Source of the DNA: Camelus dromedarius
Taxonomy: Eukaryota
Length of the DNA: 64,000 nt
Assembly (NCBI RefSeq): GCF_036321535.1
Contig: NC_087436.1
Coordinates: forward strand, 114,144,001 to 114,208,000
Direction: 5' to 3'
The notes beneath the pieces were generated by a model. It made no database searches. It was given only the letters and a program-made list of their open reading frames with translations, and was not told the DNA's origin. This document shows, one piece after another, positions 48,840 to 62,680 of this stretch. Positions within the stretch are counted from its first letter, which is position 1. Each line of letters begins with the position of its first letter. Both the position numbers and the translations under genes were made by a program.

Positions 48840-51800
48840 CTAGCCCAAATACATACAAACTTTGCTTTACCAAAAGAGACAGAAGGGAGATAGGGCAGAA
48901 TATGAATAATCTGCTAAGAAATTTCTAGGAAGAAGGCACCAAGCTGGATGCTTTCTTGAGACTTTTACAGGGAATCATGTCAACAGTCAACGTAACAATC
49001 CAGGCACAGGTGGGAAACTGAGACTCGGAAGGAGGCTGGAGCTTGTTCACAAGTACACAGCTAGGAAGTGGCAGACCCAGGGTCTGAACTCCCATTCAAA
49101 TTCTTCCCTTGAATTTCCTAAAAGGAGTTACAGAGAAGCCAAGGCAGTGGGCCAGGTGGCACTGACGAACCTGGCAGAGCTCTAAGCAATTTACAAAACA
49201 TGAGAAAACACAGTGATGAGGGTCCTGGGGTTGGGGTGGTGAGAGGACAGGCAGAAGAAGTACTTCTATCTCCACAGCCAAAGTTTGAGACACCAAAATG
49301 CGATGGCATCCTTATCAGCAGGACTTGCCTCTCATCTTCCCTTTGGGCTCTGGAACACAGTGGGAGGCAAAGAGAAAGCATGTTAAGAGACAGCTGAGAG
49401 TAAAAAAGTCTTTTTAGAAGACTCTGGGCCTTACAAGGAAGACACTTCTCTAAGGTTAATTACTTTGTGGATGAACATCTGATTAGAAACATCATTTGCA
49501 AGCTCCACCTGCCATGGATGTCTCCTGTTTTTAAAGTTGATGTTCAAAGAATATTAAAAATCCTAATATATACCTTCATTTCCCATGGAAAACAGGACAG
49601 TGATTATTTTGGGCCTCGGGGAGTTGGGATGCAGTTATGGAATTCATCATTACCCTTATATAATCTAGGAAGCCAAGGAACAGACCCGATGAGAAATCTC
49701 AAAGGAAAACATGCTGCCCACAAAATTAGCCTGAGTCATTGCTCCCAGTGAGAGGCTGCATTTAAATCAGTAGTATTTTTTTTTTAAACTTCAACCAATG
49801 ACCCCTTCACCCTGACCATGGGGCTGTCGTCTTCAGAAATAAACAGGTATGTTTTTGTCTGTGTGTTAAAGATGTTGTGGCTACAATGTTCATAGCATAG
49901 AGGGAAGGCCCAGGGTCCAAAGCCAGGAAACAGAATTCCAGTCCCCACTCTGTGACTTAGAACATCATGGTCCTGTTTGAGTCGCAGTTTCCTCATCTAA
50001 ACAATTAAGTGTTTGATTCCATGTGTTTCTCTGTCTCCTGGTTCCTCTTCCCTGCCACTCCCTCCCTCATCCTATTCCCTTTGCTTCTGAACTCCCCACT
50101 TTCCCATTGCCATGATGAAGAGACAGTGTAAGTTGAGGGTTTGGTGACAAGACACAGGAAGGGCCCATACAATGAATTCATTCATTCATTTCCCTGAGGA
50201 CCCACTACATGTCTCAGTCAGGCGCTAGGCTTCAGACTGAGAGACTAGCTCATCCCTGGCCACTAGGATCCTACAGCCCTGATGAGGAGAGACAGAGATC
50301 CACGGTTAATTACAAACCAGTGATACAGGCAAGGAGACATGCAAAAGCAATGGGCGCAGGTGTTACAGGGCTTTTCCCAGTTCTTTGGGGGCACGGAAAT
50401 TTTCCCAGAGGAGGCAAATCCGCGGAAGAGAGTGAGAAAGAGAATATTCCAGAAATAAGGAGTACTGAGAATAAAAAAAAAAAAAGTTTAGGAAGTTCAG
50501 TATGTCTTCAGTTTTAAGGCATGTGGCTAAAGCAGAGAACAAAGGGTCAAATGACAAAATAAATGTCTCATGGGCCTTGCTGAGGAAAGAACTGACTCAC
50601 CAGCTGAGGTCCACATGCGGAGCTAAAAGGGGCCACGGTCCCTTCGCTGGTGCTGACATCTCCAGCAGTGTCGCTCAGAACTGTCATGTCCCTGAGCATG
50701 AAGGACATCCCTCAGAAGAGTGACGAGAACTATTGTGTGATGCTCCAAAGGACTAGAACAAAGGGTACAAACAACAGAAAAGCAGGAATTTTAAACACTC
50801 GACGCTGTACATTGTAAGAGGGTGCCAGGGGAGCAATAAATTCTCCATCAATGACCGGTCTACCACTCACTAGAAATGTACCATAATTAGACAACATAAG
50901 CTTTAAAGTCTCTCCCAAACCAGTGAAGTTTAATTTGTGTGCATTTTTCCTCCCAGTGGGCATTCATTGAATCATTTACAAAAGAGGACACAAACTGAAC
51001 TAGAGATATTTCTGAGAGTTTTCACCAATACCTTTTTTTCTTTATAAATTCCTTCTTCCCCACTAACTCAATATGGGCCCAATCTTAAGAAGCTTTCTAT
51101 CTATTAGACAAACTGTGTTTATCAAATAGTTATTTAATTTTTTATTTCAGTAATGCAAACCCAATAACAGTATTGTGGTTTGACTAGAGATTTCTGAACA
51201 TTGTAACTAGTCTACCATCTGGGGACCCAAGACTGGCAACCTCCAGAAGACATAATCTCCAAGGTCCCCTCCAGCAATGACAGTCTATGACCCTAGGGAG
51301 CAGGCTGACAGAAAGCAGTGAAGAGTTGGATCCCCTCAAGATTTTGAAGACATGCTCTGTGGAAAGAAAGCAAAGATGAGCATATGTGTACCTCAGTGAG
51401 GAAGGACAGTCAGTGAGAGGGAAGATGTCAAGAACAGCCTGGAGCAGCAGGGAAGCGTGGAATTCTCGGGAGCATGGGCTGTATGAGTGTGCAGATCTGG
51501 CTACAGGCTGGCTACTTACTGACTCATCAGAGGCAAGCATTTCACCACTCTGAGCGTCATTTCCTCTTCTGCATATCAGGCCAATGATTCTCAGCTTGAA
51601 AGTGTCATTGCAAACATTGAATGAAATACTATATGTAAAGCAACTAACTCAGCACACTGCAGGTTTTTAAAGAACAGTAGTTACCATAATTCAGTGAGGC
51701 TTTAATCAAGAAGTTTAAGCACCAAGGAGCGGTTTAATTTGTTTACTGTGCAGAGAGACGAGATTCTTTATTGGTCTAATGGCAGTTAGATGAATTTAGA

Positions 51801-54800
51801 AGCCGCCTAGGGAAAGTGCGCAGTTGTCATTGTTGATAATAAAAGCAGGAGTGAGAGGAGAATTAATGAGGAAACCAGACAAATCCAAAGTGCTGGGCCA
51901 TCGTCTGTCTGGACCGCAGCAATGCAGGGGAGGGAAGGGCTGACGTAAGTGTTTATTTCTGACTCTCACTCTCTGAGAACGCTGAGCCTTTTCAGTCTGG
52001 CTTCTGCATTTAGAGCTCCCAACACACCTTGACTCCAAACAGCATTTCTTTTTAAATCTTTTGTTGCTGTTGTTGTTGGCCTGGATCCTTAAAGCACCTG
52101 TGTGCGTGATTATGTTCCTGGTACGTGGGTAGGAAGGTAATAATGACAGGCTTCCCAAGAACGAGGCAGAGATTGTCCTCCCAAGAGTTAACCCAAAAAC
52201 TTAGTGTAGTTAAAAGGAAGTATGTGAAGGCACCTCACAAAGATGAGCCAGGAGGATGGGGGCTCACCTCAATGAAGATATTAAGATATCCACACACACA
52301 AAAATTAATTTGGTCTAAAAGAAACTGACCAGCATGGGAACATAGAAAAAGAGAACCACAGAAGCAGTGGGTGCAGCATGATCCAAGCCCTGTACAAGAT
52401 CAGGACACTTATCCGATGCACTGGAATCTCACGGATGCCCATCACCCTGGGGACAGGCCCCTAAATTCCTCACATGGCTCCTGAGACATCGTTCAGCCCT
52501 AGCACATCCTCCCACCTCACTGCTCCTCACTCAGTCCACTCTCTGCCTGGCCTTCTTGCTGCTTATACAACATCTGTTCTCTCACCCTGGCATTCTTTTT
52601 CCCCAAGCTTTGCATGGCTTCTCCCCACCCGCACCTTTTTTCATTGCTCAAAGTTAACTCCCCAGGGAAGTCTTTTTTGATCGCCTTGTCTAAAACCCGC
52701 CCAACAAAAAGCCAGGGCCCCACAACATGTTTGTAACTTGTGAAATGGTCAAATATTGTCCTGTGACCTATGAAAGCAATGTGAAAACAAAAAAGTTCAA
52801 GGGCAAAAGCCAGCAAATATCACGCCAGGAAGAGCAGGTTTAAAGAGTTGAAAGAGAAGCTTGCTCTGTACAACATAAAGCTGGTGAAATATTCAGTCTC
52901 GCAGATTGTGATCCTGCAGCAGTATTTCCTGAACAAGGAAGAAAGTCATGCGGAAGCTTATTTATTGGAGCCGGGTTTCATAGTCATGAATCTGGCTCAC
53001 TAAAGCAAGTGAATATCTTCTAGAATACTTACCCACTGCATCATTTAAATATATTTAGTAAAATGTTTAAATTGTTTTTCCCTAACCTCTCATTTTCTGA
53101 GACTTTAATCTTACCGACTGAGGTTTGTGAAATCATGGGTCTTTAAGAAAGAGAAAGTGATAACTCAGTTTCCTTCCAGTTTGGCAAAAGCACCCCAAAT
53201 GGAAGATGGAGATATCAGACGATCCTATGACTGTCAAATCCAATAAATGTCCTTTGCTCCGACTCCATTCGCACTAAGCAAGGTTTTGATTATGACTTGG
53301 CTTTTCACATAGGTCTGCTAGGGAGAGAAAGAACTTGAAATGTGAACCTGAGCTTTCTGTCTTCCTATGTCAATTGTTTTTCTCACTGTTAATCAGTATA
53401 TATCCCAAACACCCTACTGAGTAGTTAACTTGTGCTGTTGTGTATGTTTGTTTGTGTCTTTAGTATCATAGCCAGAAACTTACTTGAGCACTCTGATGGG
53501 GATGGGAGGGATAAGTCTGTGGGCCTTTACATTAGGGGAACATGGAAGGAGAAGAGGGGATATGGGCATTTTTTGGTTACCAGCTTCTGGGCCCTTCCTA
53601 ATTACCATATAGTTCTACCATCTGAGGAAACATAAAGAATGTGATGTGTGTATGTTTTACTGTTCCAGAATTTTCTTTGGGAAGTCAGAGGTGGGAGGAA
53701 AACGTGGTTGGAATTCTGGTGGATCCTATTAGAATTGGAGAAGAAAAATGATTGTCCATATACCAGGATGGTACCTCTGAGGAGGTAGGGTTTGGAGAAG
53801 AATGGCCCTGAGAACCAGACTCCTGGGATCCAAAGTCCAGAGCACCTGGGGTCAAGCTTTGTGCAGGGGAGATACAGTCATCGTCCTCCGAAGGACACTG
53901 ACAGTCTGAACAAGAAACTGGAAAAATGAAACAATCCAGTGGAGGAAGCTTGAGCTAATTCTAATAATTTGAAAGTCAAAAAATGAAAAGTGATGCAAGC
54001 ATCATGAGAATCTAAAGACCTTTACATCTGTTACAAACGAATTGGGATCTCATGTACCTTTCTCTGCCCTCAGTCAGCAGGCAGATAAATCAGGATTCTG
54101 ACTTTGCACAGTGCAACACCAACCCCATGTTGATGAACACCATGCCGGGAGGTCGTTTTGCCAACTGTTTTCCATCTTCTGGGAATAACACCCACCACCC
54201 TGTAGTCTCTTCTTTGAAACTTCAACTGACAACCAGGGCCAGTCTTAGAACTTATACAAGTAAATACAGTTTCTAGGAGTATTTTCCCAAATTTACTCTC
54301 TATTTGCTCTGGACATACTTTTATTGGGGAAAAAGGATCGCCACTGCAAGTAAAGTAAAATAAAATAAAATTTAATTTAATTTAATTTTTAAAAACACTA
54401 TGATGTAGGTGTTATTGACTCCACTTTATAAGTGAACTAACTGAGGCTCAGAACATTTAAGAAAATCATCACTGATCGTAAATTGGGGAGAGAGGCTGAA
54501 GTGCTTCTTCAGGATAAGAAGCTGGGTTTCAAGCAAAGACATTCAAAGCACATACTGGCATAGAGTTTTGAGATAGGCTGTGGGCAGGGTCAAGGAACAA
54601 GAAAATGCTTATAGAGGAAGGGACAAGTTTCAGGAGGAAGAGGTAGGAAGAGATGATGTACAACTTCAGGAATAAAAGCCAACTGTTGAGTCCTTGAGAC
54701 TTCTAGGAACATCCCCAAGTGAGGACAGGATCTGAAGTCAACAACCAAACTCGTAAGTCTGAAATTTTTGAACTTCAGTTGCCTTCCTAATGTTGAGAGT

Positions 54801-57800
54801 CTCATTCTTTCCATCACTTTCTCTGTAGGAAGTGAAATTAAAATCCTTAATTCAAAAGCGATCCTGTGGGCTCATCCTTGGCAGCACAAAAATGGGGAGC
54901 TGAATAGATTTTTTTTAACCGATTCAGAGAGCAAACTGGTGCATGGCAACGACCACTTGGAAGAGGATCAGAAAGAAACTGAGTCTCTGGGCTGGTGATC
55001 AGAAACCAGAGGCTTGAGAGGAAGCCCTGGGGTTAAAGAGAGGGTAAGCTCAGGGGCCCCCAGATAAATAAAAATAACTCCTACGAAGTCCATCTCCTAG
55101 GGCCACTCTAGAGCTTCAAAGAGATACTAGGAGTGAAGTCACTATTCCTGTGTTCTGACGATGTTCTCTGCGAGGCTCTGGGCTAGGGACCTGGGAATCC
55201 TGCCATTAACGCCTACCTCTGAATGCTCATGCTTTGTTTTCTGCTCCAATGTTTTTAAAGCTTTTCGTCTGTATTTCTGGACTCAGCCTATTGCCATAGC
55301 AGAGCCTCGCTGGCTGTTTAATGATAGTCTAATGAGGTCTCCGAGTGCCCCAGAGGAGCACTTCTTGCCTGCAGCTTTCCCTTTGAGGAGGGGCCTTGGA
55401 ATCCAGGGCTGCACTGAGTGTGAATCAAGCTTCCTGTCTGTGTCTGGTGCGCACATGGGTGAAATCCACCTCCATATCACTCGTTCCTGGAGGGGATTTT
55501 CTCTCTGCATTACACCTGCAGAACGCTAGCCTCTTTTCTCTGGCAAGCTTGGATACATGATTAATATTTTAAGCCTCCCAGGTCCCGCTTTTGTTAAGTT
55601 TCAAAAGTGCCTGAATGTTGGACTTTTAAAAAAATGTATTTATCTCCCCATCCAGATTGTTGAGGAGGAGTTGCAAGTAGAAGGCACAGCCACGGGGGCC
55701 GAAGCAAATCCGGGCAAATCTTTAAATTGCTTCTGCAGTCATCTGGGTTTTCTTTCATTACCATCGCAGATGCTGCTTCTCTCCCCTGCTGACCTTCATT
55801 TTGGAAAGGAAGAGAGAACAGTTTTAAGAGGGCATTAGATCTTTCCCTTCCAAAATGTAGACTTGAAATATGTGCTAAGTGTTGTCAGTTCAGCTCAGAG
55901 AGAAATCGGTCTGGCTTCCCCTCCCGTCCTGGGCACTACTGTCCTTCTCAGCTCAGCTCCCAGGAGATTCATTGAATTTCTCCCCCTCCTGAACTCCCTG
56001 CTTCTCTCTTGGAAGCACTGTGGAAGTTTTCCCCACAAGGCTTCTTGCATTCACCTCACGGATAGCTGCAGGCACCTGGTTATCTCCCCATCCGCAGTCT
56101 CCTTACAGCATAGCTCTTTTGCTCAAGAAGCAGGAAAAAAAAAAAAAAAAAAAAACTTAGATATGGAGGCAGGAAGGGTTGACCGTGCATCCCAGAATCC
56201 AGAATAGGAGCATTTATTTTCAGATTCAGCTTTGACACTGATTCTTAAACTGGAGCAGGCATGCTGATCACGTTACGCTTCCAATCTCCACCTGCGAAGT
56301 TGAAGGTGGTAATAAAGTAAATGAATAATAAACAGTAAATAAATAATAAATGAGAATATAGGCAAGACTCAAATGTCACACAATTTGTGCAGTCTATTAC
56401 ACAGATCCATTGGGTGCATCTACTTGCACAGATGACTGAAATCTGAGAGACCATGTTCTTAAAAGATGCTTGCTAAGTTCACCTCCCTCTCTAAATTCCT
56501 GAGGGCTGACCCATATAATAGATAACTTTGATACAGTGACCATGTCTGTGTTGAGTAGTAGAGACACAAAGGAAAATGAGGAGCAGTGTTTGCTTTTGTG
56601 TCGTTCACAGTCTAGTGAGTCAGACAAAGCCCCTAACAGCTACAGGAGAAGTTCTGGCTGCCCCCTCCACTCAGCCAAGTAGCCGGGACAATGGAAGGTG
56701 TTCCTTCACTGGGCAGAGGATACTGACTTACTCCCAGAACATGTTGAATGTTCGCAACCAGGAGACTCCTCTATTCCACTGTGTGCTTCTATCCCCACTA
56801 GCTTTTGATGGAACACCACTTGTCCTGATTGCATCGACTCAAAGATCTCTCTGTGTTGACAATGTATGATGACGAATTGGAATGAAAATAGGTGCAAAGT
56901 AGCAGACGCACCTGCCTTCAAAGAGCAGTGTTGCAGAGCAGGGCAATGACAGGACTTGAAGTCAAGGACACAGTATAAGTCGCGGCTCTCCCTGGTTCTG
57001 TGACTGTGGGCAAAGCACTTGATCTATTTGAGCCCGTGTCCCCACTTGCAAAATGGAGATAAGTCTACCTGCCTGTCGACAGTGCTGTGAGAAATAAATG
57101 AAATCATATATGTGAAAATATTTTTTAGATTGTCAACCTTCTCATAATGATAGTTTCAGAGACTGGCATAAAGAAGAGGCCAAAAGAAATTCGTGGAAGG
57201 AATGAAGGAAAGTTGTGAGGGAGGAAGGGAAGGAGGAAAGAGATAAGATACACAGATGGCATTTAAAAAAAATTACTATAAAACAGGTAAACAATCTGCC
57301 AAGGGCTGATAAGCTATAGGAAGAGATGACAGAATAGCAATAGGATCATGTTTACATTTTAGTATTAATTTAAAATTGCGCTAGTAACATTGTATAAGGC
57401 AGATTTGTGAGGAGAATAGCAGAGATAAGGAAACAGTTGAAAATAAGAGTTTGCATCGTCAATAATAATAAACTGCGGCAATGTCAACTGGGGTGGACTC
57501 AATACACTGAAGCAAGACTAGGGAGGGCGACATTTCCAGATGCAGTGAGGGAGATGTTAGAAATAAATTCCAGATTTCCCAGTGGGGGAGCTGGCTGGAT
57601 GAACGTATCATTTAAGCAGGATGGGGAATATTTGCGAGAAAGAGGGTGTGGGGAGGAAATGGTGAATTCAGTCACAGATACGTTGAACTGACATTTCTAT
57701 AGGACAGCCGGACTAAGACTTCAGCAGGTAGCTGAATATAGGGACCTGAAGATTAGAATCACGATTGTGGGACTGATGCACAGAAAATGATCGAGTTCGT

Positions 57801-58664
57801 CCCCTGGTCATTGTGTGGGGTGAGAATAACAGAAGAGTGCTCAGGACAGTACCCTGAGAGCTCCATTTTTATATGGCTCTAAAGGTTGTTGTCCAAGTCA
57901 GACAGTTCATACAATGTCAATGATAGTTTAAAGCACTGAATCTGGAGTCAGATGAACTGCTGTCCAATCTCAGCTCCATCACTTATTTGCTTGGGTAAGT
58001 CAGTTCAACTCTCTGAACCTCAGTTTTCCTGTAAGTAAAATGGGAATACCAGAGGAAGCAGCCACTGGGGGGACTAAACAAGATAATATGGGTAAAGGGT
58101 TCATCCCAGTGCCTAGTTCATAAACACACAAAAATATTTAAAATGTTAGATGTTTTAAAGGAATTTGGGGGGGGGGAATATTTCACTTATGTTTTTTAAA
58201 TTTCTTTCTATTCTCTGAATGAGAGCTGTTTCCAGGCTCCAGTCTAGGAAAAGACCACTGAAAGGCCTTTGTGATTTTTTTCTTGATGGGCCGTTGAGCA
58301 GCCTCCAGCATCCCTGCTTCCCTAACCCTTCCCTCGGCAGCCTTCCATCCCACCTCAGGCATCAACACTTGCTTTCCTTGCTAGAGCTCTCAGAATGCTT
58401 GGCTGTGCCTGCTGGTCCTGAAGACCCATAGCACGTGCCGCTGGGGGCCCCAGGCTGGAGGGTCTGCTGCCCACCATGCAGGGGCCGGCTGCCAGGGTCC
58501 CCATCATCACAGACTCATGCTCCAGAGAGCCATCCCCTTTGCCCTTCCTCTCCAGACTTCCCTGCCACTTCTTGCTGCTGCTGCTTCATCTCTGCTCCAG
58601 CTACACTTCTTGCAAGCAGTGGACCCATTACCATTGCCTCTGCCTCCCAACACTCCTGATTTGG

Positions 58665-58935
58665 GGATTCATTCATTCATTCATTCATTCATTCACTCAA
58701 GAAATATTTATTGACTTCCCATTATGATCTAGACACTGAGCTAAGCATTGGAGATACAGAAGTGAATATCTGTCTTCTTGGAGTTTATCTCCTGGGGGAA
58801 GGTATAATAATCAGTCAAACACATAAATCAAACAATATCATAATTTCAAATAGTGATGGATGTGATAAAGAAAATAAACAGAGATATGATAGGAAAAGGA
58901 TAGGTCTGAGATGGATCTTTGATTGTGACATTTAA
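58665..58935 (-). mobile_element. L2 3' end with (ATTC)n tail
   Basis: attcattcattcattc...aatatttattga...ctaagcattggagataca. Confidence 0.75.
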
Positions 58936-60936
58936 TTGAAACCTGGCCCTAAAAATACTGTGAATGTGAACCGGAGTGAATTCACAGAGGAGGGGGTTGG
59001 AAACTAGATTCTCTTATTTGAGCAATTATTAAACCCAAGCACATTGCTGGATATCTTCTTAGATTTGCATTTCTTATTCGCAACTTTCTTTTTCCCTCTT
59101 GAAGCAAACTCAACAAAAGAAATTCTCTCCACCCTCTTTCCAATGAGCTACAGAGAGGGAGATGCTTTGAATTAGGTGATAAATTTTTTTCTGTTCCTGA
59201 CACTCTAGGTACCTCCGTATTTTAAGGTGTTTGATGAGTGAGAATATGAGGTACAAAGATGCTACCATGTCGAACATGAACTAGAAGAATTTTTTTCCAC
59301 CAAATAAAATCCTCAGTAGCTCCAACTAGTTGGAAATAACATAACAACCTCTCAAACCTGTGCAGGGCTTTGACAGTTTGAAAAGTGCTTTTGTAGATTG
59401 TATTATATTTAAGATCCACAGCCACCAAATGAAATAGTATTTTTTTTTCTAATTTACAGATGAGGAGACTGAGGTGCAGAGAAATCATGTGACTCTACAA
59501 ACATGCTACCTAAAAGTGATTAGCTGAGATCTGAAGCTGTCACTCATCAGTCTTTGGGAAAATTTTCTACCACTGTTATTCTGGGGCTTTTGAAGTAGTC
59601 TCAGACCAGTTTATGATATTGGGTCTGTCCAATTTGCTACTGTTGGCTTTTATTCAGCCATAACTTACATTGTCCATGTTTCCTCTGGTCTTTCTACCCT
59701 GAGGGTAAAAATAGACACCACCGTTTTTCTGGCTTAATTGAAGCTCCTGTGGACACTTTATTCCTTCTCCCCACACCCAAATGCTGGCCCTTGTGCCCCT
59801 TCCCCTGCTGGCCCAGAGAGTGCAGCAGCTGTGAGGTGAGGGCACTGCCATCTGTTTTGGAATCTCCCCTCCGTGCCGACCTCAGATCCCACAGTGTCAA
59901 TGCAGGTCCCCCTGGGATGAAGAGGATTCTGCTCCTTCCTGCATCACTTCATTTGGGCCTCCCAGCCTCAGTTTGGTGTGGTCCTTCTCTGAGCATCTCT
60001 CTGCTACAGGTGAGGAAGCCAAGACACAGCAAGGCTGAGCCATTTGTTCAAGGAGTAAGTGGAAGCAGGGGTATTAACCCCCATTCTCCCCTTTCCCCCT
60101 GAGGACAGCGTTCAGCCTCAGAGAACAGATGCAGGCATACAAGCTTTGTGTAGCATCCTCTGCCATCTAACAAGGCATGTCACTCAGAGCTGTCCCTTAC
60201 TTGTCCTCAGGGACTCAGGTCAAAATGCCTGGGGTAAAGAAGCTGCAGATTAAAACATAAAAAGAAACAAACAAGCAGCATTTGGGCTTCAAAACAAGGT
60301 GAATCTGTCTTCACACACACACACACACAACAATGGGATGTTTGGAGCACAAGGCAATGACATTTGAGCACCTGCCCTGTCCTGCCCAATAATTTAATGC
60401 TATGTCTAGGGAGCCGGCATCTCTCCAGCCCCTAGCACGGTACAGGGGACACAGGAGTCACTCAAACCAATTTTTTGAGTGAATGAATAGAATATGGAGT
60501 GTCTAGATACTAGCGACTTACTATTGAAGCTTTTGACCTAATTATTTTGAATCACACATACTCTAATAAAAGGGCAGAGTTTCAAAAGGCGAGAGCCGAG
60601 TTCAGCACAGACCTGGGTGTGAATGTGACCTTTTGCAAGCTATTCAGTTTTCTGAACTGCAGCACAGCAAGCTGCAGTACAGGGCTGATTATGTGATGAG
60701 GGTCACAGATGTAGCCACATCCCCCGGAGCAGCGCTCCCCGGGCATGGCAGCCACTGGATAAATGCTCGTTCCCTCCCCTCCCCTTCCTTAGTGGTAACT
60801 TCAGCCCTCAGTGACTGCCTCCTGTCAGAGCCTCAAGGTGTGAACAGAGAAATGCTCACAGGTGCCGGCAAACCTGATCTTCGTTCTGAATCTCTGGGCA
60901 CTCAAACTACTCAGACCCGCCTCATTTCACATTCTT

Positions 60937-61187
60937 TTTTTTTTTTTTTATCATTGTTGTATAATTGTCAAAGTTTTTTTTTAAACATTTTTTATTGATT
61001 TATAATCATTTTACAATGTTGTGTCAAATTCCAGTATAGAGCACAATTTTTCCGTTATACAGGAACATACATATATTCACTGTCACATTTTTTTCTCTGT
61101 GAGCTACCATAAGATCTTGTATATATTTCCCTGTGCTATACAGTGTAATCTTGTTTATCTATTCCACAATATTGAAATCCCAGTCTA
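60937..61187 (-). mobile_element. 5'-truncated young L1 3' end with a double poly(A) tail
   Basis: Perfect 15-bp TSD tcatttcacattctt at 60922-60936 and 61188-61202 (TTCTT/AA target). The body is homologous to the 3'UTR at 12471-12668. Confidence 0.93.
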
Positions 61188-61279
61188 TCATTTCACATTC
61201 TTAATCAAAGAAGAGGTATCTCAGCATGCATTGGTGAGGAGGAAATTGGAGATAGAGCAAGTCACATTCACCCACCTCA

Positions 61280-61445
61280 TTACTACCACGACTGAATTTG
61301 GAGCTGAAACATTTGTTGTAGGGGCTTAGCAGCATCCCTGGCCGTGAACTACTAGATGCCAGTAGCACCTCCTCTCCCAGCTGTGATAATCAACCAAAAA
61401 TGTCCCTACGACACGGCTAAGTGTCCCAGGGTGCGGGGAGGTAGA
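61280..61445. mobile_element. MER20-like hAT-Charlie MITE
   Basis: ttagcagcatccctggcc...actagatgccagtagcacc...aaccaaaaatgtc. Confidence 0.8.
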
Positions 61446-62099
61446 CAAATGGTTGGTATATCATTGGTCTTCTTCCAGCGTAGAATTAGAATAAGGGGTG
61501 TGCGATTGGCAGTGTGGAAGCAAGTGAAACTCCTGCCTGGACATGCTTTTCCTTTAGGCCACTCACCCCGTAACAGGTGGGGTTTAGGGCAGGAATGTCT
61601 TACTTCTAACACATGTGTTATAGACTCCAATATTCAGCAAACCATATATGTCTTGACTATTCCCCTCTTTGTGTTAAACAAAAGATCTTATACATCTTTA
61701 TCCTTACCTTTCACATACAAGCAAATGTACACTCCATTTAGAATAAGAATTAAAAGCAAAACACACTCCTGGGTACAAATCGAGTCCTCACCACATTTGA
61801 GACCCTTTCCATCTGAGGACAGACAGGAATCCTCTCCTCCTTTCTCCCACACCCACCCAAAGCTCCAGGCTCCTTCCATGATGCAACTCTTCAGGGATGA
61901 GCACCTCATTGCCTCCCCTATAACTTTCCTTGTCACTCTTCAAAACCTCAGTCCTATCTCTCACTCCCTGGAAAGGCAGATTTTCAATACTACCAGCCCC
62001 GGAAGACATCCCTGCTCTGCAGACCTGTAGGTTTCTGGTCTCTGGTTTCTGTTTAATCTTTAATAGCATCAGGCTTTCCTTGGTCAAAACTGAGAGGCT

Positions 62100-62680
62100 C
62101 CCAGCCAGCATTTCCATTTCTGGATATGTACCCAAAAGGATTGAAAGAAAGGTCTCAAAGAGACATTTGCACATCCATATTTATAGCAGTGATATTCACA
62201 ACAGTCAAAAGATGGAAGTAACCCAAGTGTCCATTGACAGGTAAATAGGAAAACAATGGAATATTATTCAGCCTTTAAAAAGGAAGAGAATTCTGACACA
62301 TGCTACACCATGGATAAGCTCTCAGGACATTGTGCTAAGCAAAATAAGCCAACTACCTATAGCAATACAGATATGGGTAGAAAGAAAGAGAGACAATGAT
62401 TCCGCTTATGTGAGGTCCCTGGTGTAGTCAAATTCATAAAAACAGAAAATAGAAGGGTGGTTGTCAGGGTCTGAGGAAAAAAGAGGGAATGGGAAGATAG
62501 TATTTAAATGGTAGAGAATTTCAGTTTTGCAGGATAAAAATTTCTAGAGATTGGCTGTGCAATGGTGGGGATATACTTGATATTAGTGAACTGTACACTT
62601 TAAAAATGTTTAAAATGGCAAATTGCATGTCTTGTGCATTTTACCACAGTTCAAGATAAAATTAAAACAGGAGAAAAAAA
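62100..62680 (+). mobile_element. Ancient L1 3' end (L1MB-like)
   Basis: ccagcatttccatttctggatatgtacccaaaagg...aacccaagtgtcca...gaactgtacacttt...ttttaccaca. Confidence 0.85.

Noticed and set aside
55640..55760. Possible exon after ctccccatccag encoding IVEEELQVEGTATGAEANPG
   Set aside because: No convincing splice donor, no recognisable protein match and no partner exons.
56136..56155. Isolated poly-A run (also poly-T at ~19897-19924)
   Set aside because: No TSD or element body found, so I cannot call a retro-insertion.
61356..62030. 224-aa plus-strand ORF
   Set aside because: It starts within a MER20-like element, runs through L2-like sequence and shows no recognisable domain, so it is probably a chance ORF.
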